Shown: positions 1-9,791, counted from the stretch's first letter. The stretch is DNA of 64,000 bases from Chlorobiota bacterium (GCA_016710285.1 JADJXR010000001.1:3086955-3150954), one strand, 5' to 3'. Translations and numbers: made by a program. The notes: generated by a model not told the origin, from the sequence alone.

Positions 1-1
1 C

Positions 2-1429
2 TATCCCGGCATAAGCAACGGCTACAACGGTGTGTGGGAGGTGTATGGATGGTTCAAATCGGGGAAGGTGATTGCCAGCGACCGGAACACCGGGTTGTGG
101 GTGATGAACTTCAACAACGCCACCGCTGGCTCCATTTCCGGGGTGGTGCGCGATTCCGCCACCAACCAGCCGATTGCCAACGCCACCATCACCGTCCCGC
201 AACTGAAGCTGACGATTTCCACCAACGCCGACGGAGCCTACTACGTTGGCGGCGTTGCCGGAACCACCATCACCCTTAACACCTCGCGATTCCCCTACGC
301 TGGAGCCACAACGCAGGAGGTGTTGCAGGGGGACCGGAAGCAGGATATCCTTCTAACAAAACTCCCTCAAGAGTGGCTAACCATCCATGCCCAGGACACC
401 GCAGGGGTGCCGATCAACGACTTCCTGTTTGCGGTGGAGCCGATCAGCCATTCGGAGAAGGCAAGCAATGGAGAAGGAAGCCTTCTTCTTTCACGCGATA
501 GCACCTTCATGGTGGCCGTGGGGAAGTGGGGATACCGCATCACCCGCACGCCGGTGAAAATCCCGGAAGGGGGGAAGGATCTGACGGTGACGTTGCAAAC
601 CGGCTACGAAGATGACGCAACGCTGGACCTTGGCTGGAGCTACGACGACCCCGCCGACAACGCCACCACCGGGCGCTGGGTCCGGATTGTTCCCTATCTG
701 GGCTACAATTGGATTCATCCCGATGCCGAGCCAACGCGGCAGAACGGCTACGTTTTTATGACCGGCGAACCTCCCCGCAACGCGCCACCGCAGATCAACG
801 ATGTGAACCGTGGCCAAACCACGCTGACCTCCCCGATGATGGACCTGTTCGGCTGGAGCGGCGTGAAAATCCGGTACGACCGCTGGTTCGTCCACTACCC
901 TGCCGACTCGGTCCGCGACTCGCTCTGGATTGAGCTTTCCAACGACGGCGGGCAAACCTGGAAGCTGATGCGGTGGCACGCCGAAGGGCGGTCCGGCTGG
1001 GCATCGGACACGGTGGAGCCGGGCGAATATCTGCCCCTAACCACCCAAATGAAATTCCGCATCCGCACCCGCGACACGCTTGGGACCAGCCTTGTGTTTG
1101 CCGCAATGGATAACTTCAACGTCTTCGTCACCCCGCCGCTTTCGGCACCGCACGCCGCGTCGCAAACGGGGGGCACGCCGGGGATAGAGTTGCGCGCCAC
1201 CAATGGAGGCGTGGCGGTTCAGTTGGCGGAGAAGTATGCAGGAAAGCCGGTGAGGATTGAGCTGATTGACCTTCTTGGAAACACAAGGCAGCGGTTGCTT
1301 GATGGCGTTCTTTCAGCATCGGCGCAAACGCTTTTCTTCAACCCCGATCTCCCTTCCGGCTGGTATGCCGTGCGGGCAAGTGTGGGGGGGGAAGTGGGGC
1401 GCATCCAGCCAGTGCTGATCGCCAAATAA
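2..1429 (+). CDS. Secreted T9SS cargo protein, 5'-partial (reading frame is open to the window edge). It has a carboxypeptidase-regulatory-like beta-sandwich (ISGVVRDSATNQPIANATITV...TNADGAYY) and a C-terminal T9SS sorting domain.
   Basis: The frame is open from nt 2. The C-terminal ~80 aa (GIELRATNGGVAVQLAEKYAGKPVRIELIDLLGNTRQRLLDG...SGWYAVRASVGGEVGRIQPVLIAK) match the T9SS type-A CTD pattern. Confidence 0.5.
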   Translation, partial: YPGISNGYNGVWEVYGWFKSGKVIASDRNTGLWVMNFNNATAGSISGVVRDSATNQPIANATITVPQLKLTISTNADGAYYVGGVAGTTITLNTSRFPYAGATTQEVLQGDRKQDILLTKLPQEWLTIHAQDTAGVPINDFLFAVEPISHSEKASNGEGSLLLSRDSTFMVAVGKWGYRITRTPVKIPEGGKDLTVTLQTGYEDDATLDLGWSYDDPADNATTGRWVRIVPYLGYNWIHPDAEPTRQNGYVFMTGEPPRNAPPQINDVNRGQTTLTSPMMDLFGWSGVKIRYDRWFVHYPADSVRDSLWIELSNDGGQTWKLMRWHAEGRSGWASDTVEPGEYLPLTTQMKFRIRTRDTLGTSLVFAAMDNFNVFVTPPLSAPHAASQTGGTPGIELRATNGGVAVQLAEKYAGKPVRIELIDLLGNTRQRLLDGVLSASAQTLFFNPDLPSGWYAVRASVGGEVGRIQPVLIAK

Positions 1430-1486
1430 CCCCCCTGGAGAATTGACCGTGGAGAATTAGCGGCGTCCCCCGCCGAACCGAAATGA

Positions 1487-1540
1487 AATGCGCATTGTTG
1501 AGGCCAGGTTGTGGCAATCAACAATGCGCATTCTGTTTTG
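1487..1540. terminator. Bidirectional rho-independent terminator between two convergent genes.
   Basis: Perfect 15-nt inverted repeat aatgcgcattgttga ... tcaacaatgcgcatt with a 16-nt loop, followed by ctgttttgg. Confidence 0.5.
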
Positions 1541-1618
1541 GCGAATTGTGTGGAAGCGGATGCCGAAGGTGCAGCAGCGCGATGCGATCCCCTGTTGTTG
1601 ATGGAGCAGCTTCTTGGC

Positions 1619-2659
1619 TTACTCCAAATCAAGTTGGGTTGGGGTGGGAGCTTCGTTGGGCGTTGCCAAGGATGTCCCTTTGGTATTCAGGAACCACTGC
1701 TTGGTGTACGGGTCGGTGCTGAAGAACGTGGCCAGCAGCTTCCCAATTTTGGCTTCGCCAGTTGGGCTGGGGTGCACGCCGTCGGCTTCCACATCTTCCG
1801 GCAGCCACGTGTGGCCAACGCTGTTCGGGGTTGCGCCGCTGGTCCAGAAAGGGGCGGCCCAGGCAACAAGCGGAGCCTTGCGGTCATCGCCATGCCAGTC
1901 CAGCCGTGGATCCGTTTCGGCAATCTGTGCTTCGATCAACCATTTCCACATCCATGAGTTGTAGTAGGCGCGTGGCTCCAGATGCTTCACCAATCCGTCG
2001 TCCTCCGGTTTGGGGGAGACGTATTGCGTGGTGTTCCGCCCCGTGACGTACACCACCCGAAGGTTCGGGAAAGTGGTGCGGATCCGTTGCAGCAGCTCAA
2101 TAAATCCCTCACGCTCGCGGTTGACGGCATCGGGGAAGGTGAGTGTGTCGCCGCGCCCTTCCAACGATCCGGTCTTCAGCCAGATCACCGACACCTGGTT
2201 GAACGACGCGCCAGCATCGCGCAAGGTCCGCCCCACGTTGTTCTCAAAATATCTGCCGCTGGGATCGTTCATTTTCTCCAGCGAAATTCCCCCTTGCCCG
2301 CCGTTCACAAACAGCAGGGACGGGTTGAGATTCGGTAGCTTCATTGCCTCATCAACAAATGCCGGGAACTCCTGCGTGGGGCTGCTTGCGCCAAGCAGCA
2401 GCAGCACAATTTTCCCATTTGCCGAAGCAACCCCCGCCGTGTCCAGCGGGGTGATGCGGATGGTGACGTGTTCCAGCGCGGTTGTGTGGGCGCGTGGCGG
2501 GGTGTTGCTGCCGCCGGGATACAGTCCGCCGGAAAATCCTTTGTAGAGGCCTGTTCCCAGCAGGTCAATAGGGGTAAACGGTTGGGCCGAAATGCTGGCG
2601 AAAGCAGCACAACAGAAGAGCGTTGCAAGCAGAGAAGTGCGCATCATGGGGACCTCCAT
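1619..2659 (-). CDS. Secreted SGNH/GDSL-family hydrolase.
   Basis: Signal peptide MMRTSLLATLFCCAAFASISAQP. C-terminal DGVHPSPTGEAKIGKLL is the SGNH DxxH catalytic motif. The start was moved to the internal Met because the upstream ORF extension is not signal-like. Confidence 0.55.
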   Translation of the reverse strand: MEVPMMRTSLLATLFCCAAFASISAQPFTPIDLLGTGLYKGFSGGLYPGGSNTPPRAHTTALEHVTIRITPLDTAGVASANGKIVLLLLGASSPTQEFPAFVDEAMKLPNLNPSLLFVNGGQGGISLEKMNDPSGRYFENNVGRTLRDAGASFNQVSVIWLKTGSLEGRGDTLTFPDAVNREREGFIELLQRIRTTFPNLRVVYVTGRNTTQYVSPKPEDDGLVKHLEPRAYYNSWMWKWLIEAQIAETDPRLDWHGDDRKAPLVAWAAPFWTSGATPNSVGHTWLPEDVEADGVHPSPTGEAKIGKLLATFFSTDPYTKQWFLNTKGTSLATPNEAPTPTQLDLE

Positions 2660-2863
2660 TTGGTTACGTTGAAGATAGTTCCGAAGCAACGTTGCCGAAC
2701 AGAGACAGCTGTAGATGATGCGTTCCTGCGTGGGGGAAAAATAAAGGTGGGCTACCTCTCTCAAGCGATGCGGTTGAGTATATCCCCAACACTTGGATTA
2801 CGGATTGCGCCACAACGATCTTGATGCTGCCGTGGAGAAGGCGCTGCGGTAGAGGGGGGTGGC

Positions 2864-4219
2864 TCACTCCAGCACCAATAATTCTACCATTGATTTCTCC
2901 CCAATTTGGAGTTGAAGAAAATAGACTCCTGCTGGAATCCCTTCCGCAACCAACTCTGCCGTTGCTCCATTCTTGGTTTCGGTGAGATTTATTGGTTGCT
3001 CAATGGGAATTTTTTGCCCAATAACATCTGCCAATTCAACAACGCATGGAGCGTGTGCAGAAATTCCTTGTAATTGCAGCTTCAGTGTTCGGTTGCGTGC
3101 CGGGTTTGGCGAAATAATTAGCTCAGGGGAAATCTTGCATTGGTCTTGATTGCTCACACCACTGGGCTGTAATGGAACCACTGTTGGATAGCGTCCTTCC
3201 CACTGGATACCAGCCAAAAAAAGCCATCGTGTTCGGTCGCTGAAGGAGTGCGTAACGTCGTTGATTTGGCGGCTGCATGAAGTGATAAACCATTTTCCTT
3301 GCCAATCAAAAATTTCGCTGGCGTGCGATGTTGCAAGGAAATATTCGCTGCGGTCGTTAAAATCAAGCGGATTATCGCTGATGACATACCGGGTACCGTT
3401 CCCCCCTTTCCAAAATAAATACCACAACCCGTTCCTCTGAAAAACACATGGCGACTCGGGATGAGCGTACGTGAATTCCTCGGTTCCGGTAGTCTTGCGG
3501 GTCAGTACCGGCCCGCGATCGGTCCAATGTGTGCGGTCGGGGCTGGTTGCCGCCGCAACGCAGCTATATTCTTGGTCGGCAGAAGGGCGGTTGGGATCGG
3601 CCTTTAACCGAGCCACATAATAGAGAATCCAGCCATGTTGTGGGTGGGGAATAACGTGCGCGTCGCGGCAAGAAACCGGCCCGCCGGAACCGCCCAAATA
3701 CCCTTTTGGATGATAGCTTGCCCAGGAAGTATCGGGAGCCATAATTGGGCTAATAAAGTGACGTTGCCAAGTATAGAGGTCGTTGGAAATTGCCAGCATC
3801 ATGTGCTCCCCAGCAAAATATCCAACCCCTGCTTCTTTCCCCACGTAATACATGTAATATTGGCCGTTAAATTCAATCACGTAGGGTGCGGTAACGTGTC
3901 CGGCATCCAGCGTGCCGGGTGGGCCAAGCCGCAAGGCTGGCTGCAGGTGCGTCCAATTCAATAAATCCGGGCTTGTGGCATGGCCAATAACAATCTGGTT
4001 GCTGTCGCGATACCAAACCTCGTTGCTCACAGTCCCCTCAATAAAATAGAGGTGCCATAAACCATCGGTTCCCTGAATTAAACAGTGGTCGTTGACGTAT
4101 CCTCCGGGAATATCAAAAACGTAGCGAAAAAGGGCGGAATCGTTGCGGTTGGCAGGTTGGGAAAAGAGGGGAATAGCCGTAAAAAAAATGAATAGCCAGA
4201 AAAATAGAGATGCGCTCAT
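2864..4219 (-). CDS. Secreted 5-bladed beta-propeller glycoside hydrolase (GH43/GH32 furanosidase-superfamily-like) with a T9SS C-terminal domain.
   Basis: N-terminal signal peptide. Repeated W-rich propeller motifs (DGLWHLYF, GWILYYV, GLWYLFW). C-terminus SPNPARNRTLKLQLQ...GVYFLQLQIGEKSMVELLVLE is a T9SS CTD. GC is about 50%, lower than the neighbouring genes. Confidence 0.5.
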   Translation of the reverse strand: MSASLFFWLFIFFTAIPLFSQPANRNDSALFRYVFDIPGGYVNDHCLIQGTDGLWHLYFIEGTVSNEVWYRDSNQIVIGHATSPDLLNWTHLQPALRLGPPGTLDAGHVTAPYVIEFNGQYYMYYVGKEAGVGYFAGEHMMLAISNDLYTWQRHFISPIMAPDTSWASYHPKGYLGGSGGPVSCRDAHVIPHPQHGWILYYVARLKADPNRPSADQEYSCVAAATSPDRTHWTDRGPVLTRKTTGTEEFTYAHPESPCVFQRNGLWYLFWKGGNGTRYVISDNPLDFNDRSEYFLATSHASEIFDWQGKWFITSCSRQINDVTHSFSDRTRWLFLAGIQWEGRYPTVVPLQPSGVSNQDQCKISPELIISPNPARNRTLKLQLQGISAHAPCVVELADVIGQKIPIEQPINLTETKNGATAELVAEGIPAGVYFLQLQIGEKSMVELLVLE

Positions 4220-4235
4220 GGAGTTGCCTGATATT

Positions 4236-4952
4236 CTAATTGGTGGTGCTCATTGTCTGCTTCGGCCATTGTTCCAACTTCCCCAACCATTCATTAAAAA
4301 AACGGCATTCCTGCCGCACCGTTGCTAATCCGATTGATTGTATTGCCAAAGTGCCCATTCGCGGTTTTCGATACCCTTGAATGATTGCCTCCACACGCTT
4401 TGATGGAGCAGTGAGACGGGAGTCGTTGATTTCTTCGGGAGTTTCAAATTGCCTGCGCACTTTTGTTAGGTCTTCTACTAACTCAGGGCGGCCTATGCTT
4501 TCTCCAAATGCTTTGCAATCGCTAAATAAAAGCCCTTCAAATTCATGCATAACCACATAAGGAGGGAAACGTGCTGGATAGAAGTCGCCGCCAAGCTCAC
4601 GTTCGATGTCTTGCAGTATGGCTTGTTGTACTCTGCTTGGTTTCTCCGAGAATAAAAGCCTTGAGGCTTCACCTCTCCCAGGCCAAGATTTATCACCAGT
4701 TGAGGGCAACGCATAATAATCTACCATGGTGGTTATCAAACGCTTCTTGTCGGCTTTTAGGTGCTTGATGATATCCTTACGAGCCGATGGCCAAGAGCGA
4801 ATGCCGCCGCGGTTTTTGTTCATTCGCGAGTCCCCCAACAGTTTTGGGCTAACCTCGCTATAACCATAATTATAGAGGTGAGGAGCCAAAACTGCATGAA
4901 CGAAGCGTTCTTCAGTTATTCCTTCTACTAAAATCAATAAGCGGCTCATCAT
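4236..4952 (-). CDS. DUF4276 family protein, a TOPRIM/RloB-like predicted nuclease partner of OLD-type ABC ATPases.
   Basis: N-terminus MMSRLLILVEGITEERFVHAVLAPHL matches the characteristic LVEGxTEExFV...L.PHL opening of DUF4276. Its start codon lies 1 nt from the upstream ATPase stop (or overlaps it by 32 nt if the first Met is used). The gene is AT-rich. Confidence 0.6.
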   Translation of the reverse strand: MMSRLLILVEGITEERFVHAVLAPHLYNYGYSEVSPKLLGDSRMNKNRGGIRSWPSARKDIIKHLKADKKRLITTMVDYYALPSTGDKSWPGRGEASRLLFSEKPSRVQQAILQDIERELGGDFYPARFPPYVVMHEFEGLLFSDCKAFGESIGRPELVEDLTKVRRQFETPEEINDSRLTAPSKRVEAIIQGYRKPRMGTLAIQSIGLATVRQECRFFNEWLGKLEQWPKQTMSTTN

Positions 4953-4953
4953 A

Positions 4954-6060
4954 TTATTCCATGGCGGGGCGACCCCCAATTTCATTTTTCTCCCATAGCT
5001 GACCCAAGCTGTAATCTTCCATCCAAGACGCTAATTCTGCTGAGTTGAGTCTGGTAAATTCAGTGGAACTATGCACCCTGTTTGCCACAAGAATATCTTC
5101 CGGCATAAATTGATCAAGCAACAGCGGAGATTGCGTTGAAACGATCACCTGCGTTTGGAACGACACCTCTTGAATTATTGAAGCCAGTATGGCAATCGCA
5201 TAGGGGTGAAGGCCAAGTTCTGGTTCATCTATTATGATGATGGAAGGGCGGTAGCGGTGGGGTTGCAGCAGCAAGGTTGCCAGCGCAATAAACCGTAGAG
5301 TTCCATCAGAAAATGAAGAGACATCAAAATAGGAATCGGAATTCTTGTGCGTCCATTCCAGCCGAATTTTCTCGGGATTTAACCGCTGTGGCTCGAGCAA
5401 GAAATCATCAAAAAATGGAGCGACAAGCTGGATTGTACGCCTGATTTGCGTGTATGATGTTTCGTGGCGTTGGCGTAAATAGTACAGAAATGAGGCTATA
5501 TTGGCTCCATCAGGCCGCAAATAGCGATTGTCATTGATGTCCGAAGTCCTCTTCATCGGCGAGCTTATGCCCGTATCGTGAAAGTGATAGATGCGCCAGC
5601 TATTTAAATGGTTGCGAACATAATCAGCAACCCTATTATACGCTATATCATTAATTCCGGCTTCGCCCCCTTTTGACGTAAGTCTATTGTTCATAGGGGT
5701 ATCATATTTGGCTTTATTCCAGTATCCTACCACCTCATCTATGGGGTACAATCGGTCATCCTCTGTTGCGGATAATTCAATGGAATACTGGTTTACCCCT
5801 TCATCAAAAGAAATTCCTATTTCTATTTGCGAAGTGATTTTGGAACCGAAGTGGAGTATCCTGTTTGCACCGCCTGATTTGACAACATATTCCTGTAATC
5901 GCCCTTCGCGAATTGCGTGAAGGAAGGAGAAAACTTCAATGAAGTTTGATTTACCTGAGCCATTTGGACCAATTACCACATTAACAGACCCGAGCATCAG
6001 ATTCTTAATTGAATTGATGCTTTTAAAGCCTTTAATAGTTATGGTGTCAAGTTTGGACAT
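4954..6060 (-). CDS. ABC-type AAA_21/AAA_15 family ATPase, OLD/RecF-like and often described as AbiEii-like.
   Basis: Walker A GPNGSGKSN, ABC signature FSDGTLRF, Walker B IIIIDEPELGLHP, and a following VIVSTQSP. The true start is MSKLDTITIKGF (RC of cat at 6058-6060). The longer ORF-track extension overlaps purK and is not used. About 42-45% GC. Confidence 0.75.
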   Translation of the reverse strand: MSKLDTITIKGFKSINSIKNLMLGSVNVVIGPNGSGKSNFIEVFSFLHAIREGRLQEYVVKSGGANRILHFGSKITSQIEIGISFDEGVNQYSIELSATEDDRLYPIDEVVGYWNKAKYDTPMNNRLTSKGGEAGINDIAYNRVADYVRNHLNSWRIYHFHDTGISSPMKRTSDINDNRYLRPDGANIASFLYYLRQRHETSYTQIRRTIQLVAPFFDDFLLEPQRLNPEKIRLEWTHKNSDSYFDVSSFSDGTLRFIALATLLLQPHRYRPSIIIIDEPELGLHPYAIAILASIIQEVSFQTQVIVSTQSPLLLDQFMPEDILVANRVHSSTEFTRLNSAELASWMEDYSLGQLWEKNEIGGRPAME

Positions 6061-6061
6061 T

Positions 6062-7243
6062 TCAGGATTGTTCGTTTGCAAACATGAGAACCTCCTCAAA
6101 CAGCAATCGTTCCTCTGCCTCGGTTGCTGCTTTGGCGGCTTCTTCGGGGGTGGAGGCCAGCGCGGTGATATGCCCCATTTTCCGCCCACGCCGTGAACGC
6201 TCCTTCCCGTAAATGTGCAGATGCACGCTGGGATCCGCCAGCGTTTCTTCGTAATTGGCAACCGCACCGGACCCGTTATGTTTTCCCAAAATATTGACCA
6301 TTGCAACGCCCGGGGCGCGTAAATCGGTGCGACCCAATGGCCACCCCATCACTGCCCGAATGTGATTTTCAAATTGCGAGGTGACGCAGCCTTCAATCGT
6401 GTAATGGCCGCTGTTGTGGGGGCGCGGCGCGATTTCGTTTACCAACACTTCGCCGTCGCCGGTCAGAAAAAGCTCAACGCCAAAAATTCCAATTCCATGA
6501 ATAATTTCCACGGCGTGGCGGGCGTAGTCGCGGGCAAGGGTGGTGGCCGGTTCGCCTGCGCGGGCCGGGGCAAGCACCGTGCGGCAGATATGATGCTCCT
6601 GCACGGTTTCCACCACCGGGTACAACGCGGTTTCGCCATTTGCCCCCCGCGCAACCATCACCGCAAGCTCCTTCACAAACGGCACAAAGGCTTCGCAGTA
6701 TAATTCACGTGCTGGATTTCCCTTGGTGATTTTTTCCCAACCGATGGGAATATCCTCCGGTTTGCGGATCGTCGCGTTCCCGTAGCCGTCGTAGCCGTTG
6801 CGCCGGCTTTTCAGGATAAATGGATACCCGAATTGCTGGCCAAATGCTTGCGCGTCGCCGTGGGTTGCAACCGCACGGAAGGCCGCCACGGGAATTCCCG
6901 CATCGTCGAACGTCTGCTTCTGGATCAATTTATCCTGAATTTTCGCGACCGATGCCGCGCCAGGCCGCAATACAAACCCTGCCCGTTCAATCACCATTAA
7001 ATGGGCTTCCTCAATGAACTCACTCTCTAACGTGATAACGTCGCAGTTGCTGGCAAAATGGAGCAAGGCAATGTGGTCCGAAGGGTCGGCAACGGTTTCG
7101 CGGTGGGCAATTTGCCCGGCGGGTGAGTTGGCATGGTTTTCCATAATGTGGACTTTCATCCCAAGCTGGAATGCGGCGATTGCGGTCATCCGCGCAAGTT
7201 GCCCGCCGCCAAGAATGCCAAGTGTTGGAGGGTTGTAGATCAT
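6062..7243 (-). CDS. purK: N5-carboxyaminoimidazole ribonucleotide synthase (PurK, ATP-grasp).
   Basis: ATP-grasp PurK-like sequence along the whole length (GILGGGQLARM..., VLVNEIAPRPHNSGHYT). The start is probably MIYNPP. Confidence 0.85.
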   Translation of the reverse strand: MIYNPPTLGILGGGQLARMTAIAAFQLGMKVHIMENHANSPAGQIAHRETVADPSDHIALLHFASNCDVITLESEFIEEAHLMVIERAGFVLRPGAASVAKIQDKLIQKQTFDDAGIPVAAFRAVATHGDAQAFGQQFGYPFILKSRRNGYDGYGNATIRKPEDIPIGWEKITKGNPARELYCEAFVPFVKELAVMVARGANGETALYPVVETVQEHHICRTVLAPARAGEPATTLARDYARHAVEIIHGIGIFGVELFLTGDGEVLVNEIAPRPHNSGHYTIEGCVTSQFENHIRAVMGWPLGRTDLRAPGVAMVNILGKHNGSGAVANYEETLADPSVHLHIYGKERSRRGRKMGHITALASTPEEAAKAATEAEERLLFEEVLMFANEQS

Positions 7244-7369
7244 GGCTGTAAAGATAGGAAGAGTTGGTTGCACAGGAATGCCACATGGGGGCGAAGGAAG
7301 GGGCGCAACAGAAAAGCCATCCGCGATATGCGCAGATGGCTTTTACGATGGTTCGCCGTTGTGCTGCCG

Positions 7370-7750
7370 TTAGGTTGTTTTGGAACGAACAGCTTTGGTG
7401 GAAAGGTTGCGCAAGTAGTAGAGTTTTGCGCGGCGAACTTTCCCCTCGCGGACGATGCGAATCCCCTGGATGGTTGGCGAGTGAACCGGGAAAATCCGTT
7501 CCACGCCAACGCCGTTGCTCACTTTCCGCACGGTGAAGGTTTCGCTGGAGCCTGCGCCACGGCGCGAGATCACGATCCCTTCAAAGTTCTGGGTGCGCTC
7601 CTTTCCCCCTTCCACAACGCGCACGGCGATGTTGATCATATCCCCCGGGCGGAAGGAAGGGATCATCACATCGGCGTCGTTGTTTTTGGCACGACGGGTT
7701 GCGGCGGTCTGCGCGATCACCTGCTGGGTCAGTTCTTCAATTTCTTTCAT
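7370..7750 (-). CDS. rplS: 50S ribosomal protein L19.
   Basis: MKEIEELTQ...[32 protein letters not shown] is canonical L19. The ORF-track start is an upstream GTG, so the internal ATG is used. Confidence 0.9.
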   Translation of the reverse strand: MKEIEELTQQVIAQTAATRRAKNNDADVMIPSFRPGDMINIAVRVVEGGKERTQNFEGIVISRRGAGSSETFTVRKVSNGVGVERIFPVHSPTIQGIRIVREGKVRRAKLYYLRNLSTKAVRSKTT

Positions 7751-7885
7751 GGTATGCCTCCGTGTATCTGTTGTCTGTTGCTGAAAAATTTCTTGGCTGT
7801 GCCGTGCTGTTGGTTCCCGTTGGCGTGCTGCCTGCGTTGGGCGGCGCACTGCGCTGCGGGAAATGGAAATCAGTAATCGGCAAGC

Positions 7886-8614
7886 TCACTCATCCAGAGT
7901 GTCCAAAATATCTGGCCGGCGTTGGCGCGTGCGTTCCAGTGCTGCGGCTTCGCGCCATGCGGCAATTTTTGCGTGGTCCCCGCTTTGCAAAACCTCTGGG
8001 ACATTCATGCCCCGGAACTCTGCCGGCTTGGTGTACTGCGGCGCGTCAAGCAATCCGGTTTGGAAGGAGTCGCCCAGCGCCGATTCGCTGTCGCCCATCG
8101 CGCCGGGAAGCAGCCTGACGAGGGCATCGGTCAGGACCATTGCCGGAAGTTCGCCGCCGGTTAGGACGTAATCGCCAATGGAGATTTCTTGCGTCACCAA
8201 TGTTTGGCGAACCCGCTCATCCACCCCTTTGTAATGGCCGCACAGCAGTATCAGGTTTGCGGCCATCGAAAGGCGATTGGCAAGCGATTGCGTCAGCTGC
8301 TGGCCATCGGGGGTCAGGAAGATGACTTCATCGTACTTGCGCTCGGCCTGCAGCCGCTCCACACATTCAAAGATCGGTTCGGGGCGAAGAACCATTCCGG
8401 CTCCGCCGCCGTAGGGGGTGTCGTCCACCTGCTTGTAGCGGCCCAGGCCGTAATCGTGCAGGTTGTGGATGTTGATCTCCGCCAGGTTCGCCTTGCGCGC
8501 ACGGCTGACGATGGAAGCATCCAACACGCTGGCGAAGGTTTGCGGCACAACGCTCAGAATGTCAATCCGCAGCAACGGAGTTTCGCGAGGGGGGGCGGGC
8601 AAGGGCTTACTCAT
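7886..8614 (-). CDS. trmD: tRNA (guanine37-N1)-methyltransferase.
   Basis: TrmD signature regions ([41 protein letters not shown]). Confidence 0.9.
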   Translation of the reverse strand: MSKPLPAPPRETPLLRIDILSVVPQTFASVLDASIVSRARKANLAEINIHNLHDYGLGRYKQVDDTPYGGGAGMVLRPEPIFECVERLQAERKYDEVIFLTPDGQQLTQSLANRLSMAANLILLCGHYKGVDERVRQTLVTQEISIGDYVLTGGELPAMVLTDALVRLLPGAMGDSESALGDSFQTGLLDAPQYTKPAEFRGMNVPEVLQSGDHAKIAAWREAAALERTRQRRPDILDTLDE

Positions 8615-9137
8615 CCTCTTGATTCTCCATCATCCCCGGTATCGTCACAATCGTCGCGGTTCGTTCTTCGTGGTTCAGCGCAGCAACAAATGCGGGCACT
8701 GCCGGGAACAACCACTCGTTCCCACCACTCTGCACCGTCCAGACCGCGTGGGCGGCGGTTTGCTGAAGCCCGATTACTTCCCCCATTGGCTCCCCTTCGG
8801 GGGAGTAAAGCTGGAAGCCAACGATTCCCGGATCGGTGAGGGGATCGGAGTACTGAATGGCCGCTGGCTCCAGAAAAAGAGCTTGGTCCACGATTGCATC
8901 GGCCCCCTCTTTTGTGCCAACCCCTTCAAATGTGCAAAGAAGATCGTCGCCATGGGCTTGGCACAAGGTCAGCTCAATCGGGCGTGCAAAATTTGCGGAG
9001 TAGCCAATCCATGCCGCACAAGGGGTTGCAATCTGCGGGATCACTTCGTGATCGAGTTTGCAGCGGAGCTTCCCTTCAAGGCCAAAGGCGCGGGTCAGCA
9101 CGCCAAGCCGAACAAGGGTTGAAGGTTGATTGCTCAT
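8607..9137 (-). CDS. rimM: 16S rRNA processing protein RimM.
   Basis: [17 protein letters not shown]...LLCTFEGV is a RimM PRC-barrel pattern. Overlaps trmD by 8 nt, as in the conserved operon. Confidence 0.8.
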   Translation of the reverse strand: MSNQPSTLVRLGVLTRAFGLEGKLRCKLDHEVIPQIATPCAAWIGYSANFARPIELTLCQAHGDDLLCTFEGVGTKEGADAIVDQALFLEPAAIQYSDPLTDPGIVGFQLYSPEGEPMGEVIGLQQTAAHAVWTVQSGGNEWLFPAVPAFVAALNHEERTATIVTIPGMMENQEDE

Positions 9138-9188
9138 GGTTGATAGCAGGGAAGAAGGGGGACCAACTTCCCCGCTATTATTGAACAA

Positions 9189-9791
9189 TTATCCTGCGTT
9201 CTCTTCGGCTGCGGGCGCAGCGGCTTCGGCAGCGGGTGCTTCTTCGGCAGCAGCAGGTGCAGCGGCTTCGGCAGCAGCGGCGGCCTCGGCTTCGGCTTTT
9301 GCAGCAGCTTCGGCAGCGGCGGCGGCTTCAGCCTCGGCTTTTGCAGCAGCGGCAGCAGCTTCGGCAGCAGCGGCGGCCTCGGCCTCGGCTTTTGCGGCGG
9401 CTTCGGCTTCAGCTTTGGCTTTTGCTTCGGCAGCAGCGGCAGCGGCTAAGCGTGCTTTTTCGTCGGCAGAGCGTTTGCTGTCAAGGTGGGTTTCTACCGC
9501 TTTTGCGACGGTATCGGCGGCAACGCCTTTGCGAAGAAGGTAGCGTTCCATCAGAACGCCTTCGCGGCGAAGCAGGGCGCGGACGGTGTCGGTTGGTTGC
9601 GCGCCGCTGTTCAGCCAGTAGTGGACGCGGTCGCGTTGAAGGATGGTGATAGGATTACCGGTCACCAGTGGATTGTACTGGCCGACTTTCTCAAGGAAGC
9701 GGCCATCGCGTGTGTTGCGGCTGTCGGCGGCGACGATATCGTACACCGGAGCCTTTTTCCGTCCCATTCTTCTCAAGCGGAGCTTGACCAT
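9189..9791 (-). CDS. rpsP: 30S ribosomal protein S16 with a ~110-aa Ala/Glu/Lys-rich low-complexity C-terminal extension.
   Basis: N-terminal [41 protein letters not shown] is canonical S16. The tail is (AEAKA/AAAAE)n. Confidence 0.85.
   Translation of the reverse strand: MVKLRLRRMGRKKAPVYDIVAADSRNTRDGRFLEKVGQYNPLVTGNPITILQRDRVHYWLNSGAQPTDTVRALLRREGVLMERYLLRKGVAADTVAKAVETHLDSKRSADEKARLAAAAAAEAKAKAEAEAAAKAEAEAAAAAEAAAAAAKAEAEAAAAAEAAAKAEAEAAAAAEAAAPAAAEEAPAAEAAAPAAEENAG

Larger units (their letters stand above)
4236..6060 (-). other. AT-rich horizontally acquired islet, an ATPase + DUF4276 two-gene candidate defence module.
   Basis: GC is ~42-45% against ~65% in the flanks. It is inserted with no intergenic DNA between the purK stop (6062) and the start of the GH43-like gene (4219). 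Confidence 0.55.

Noticed and set aside
4954-6306. Long 450-aa form of the ATPase ORF starting at 6306 (MQWSIF...).
   Set aside because: The first 82 codons overlap the purK coding region in another frame and have no ATPase features. The Walker A motif lies just after the MSKLD start at 6060.
7133-7876. 247-aa plus-strand ORF spanning the purK 5' end and rplS.
   Set aside because: It overlaps two well-supported minus-strand genes and looks like a high-GC artefact.
9236-9649. 137-aa ORF rich in RQQ/LRL repeats, and 9130-9543 (Ala-rich).
   Set aside because: They are antisense or frame-shifted readings of the repetitive DNA that encodes the S16 C-terminal extension.
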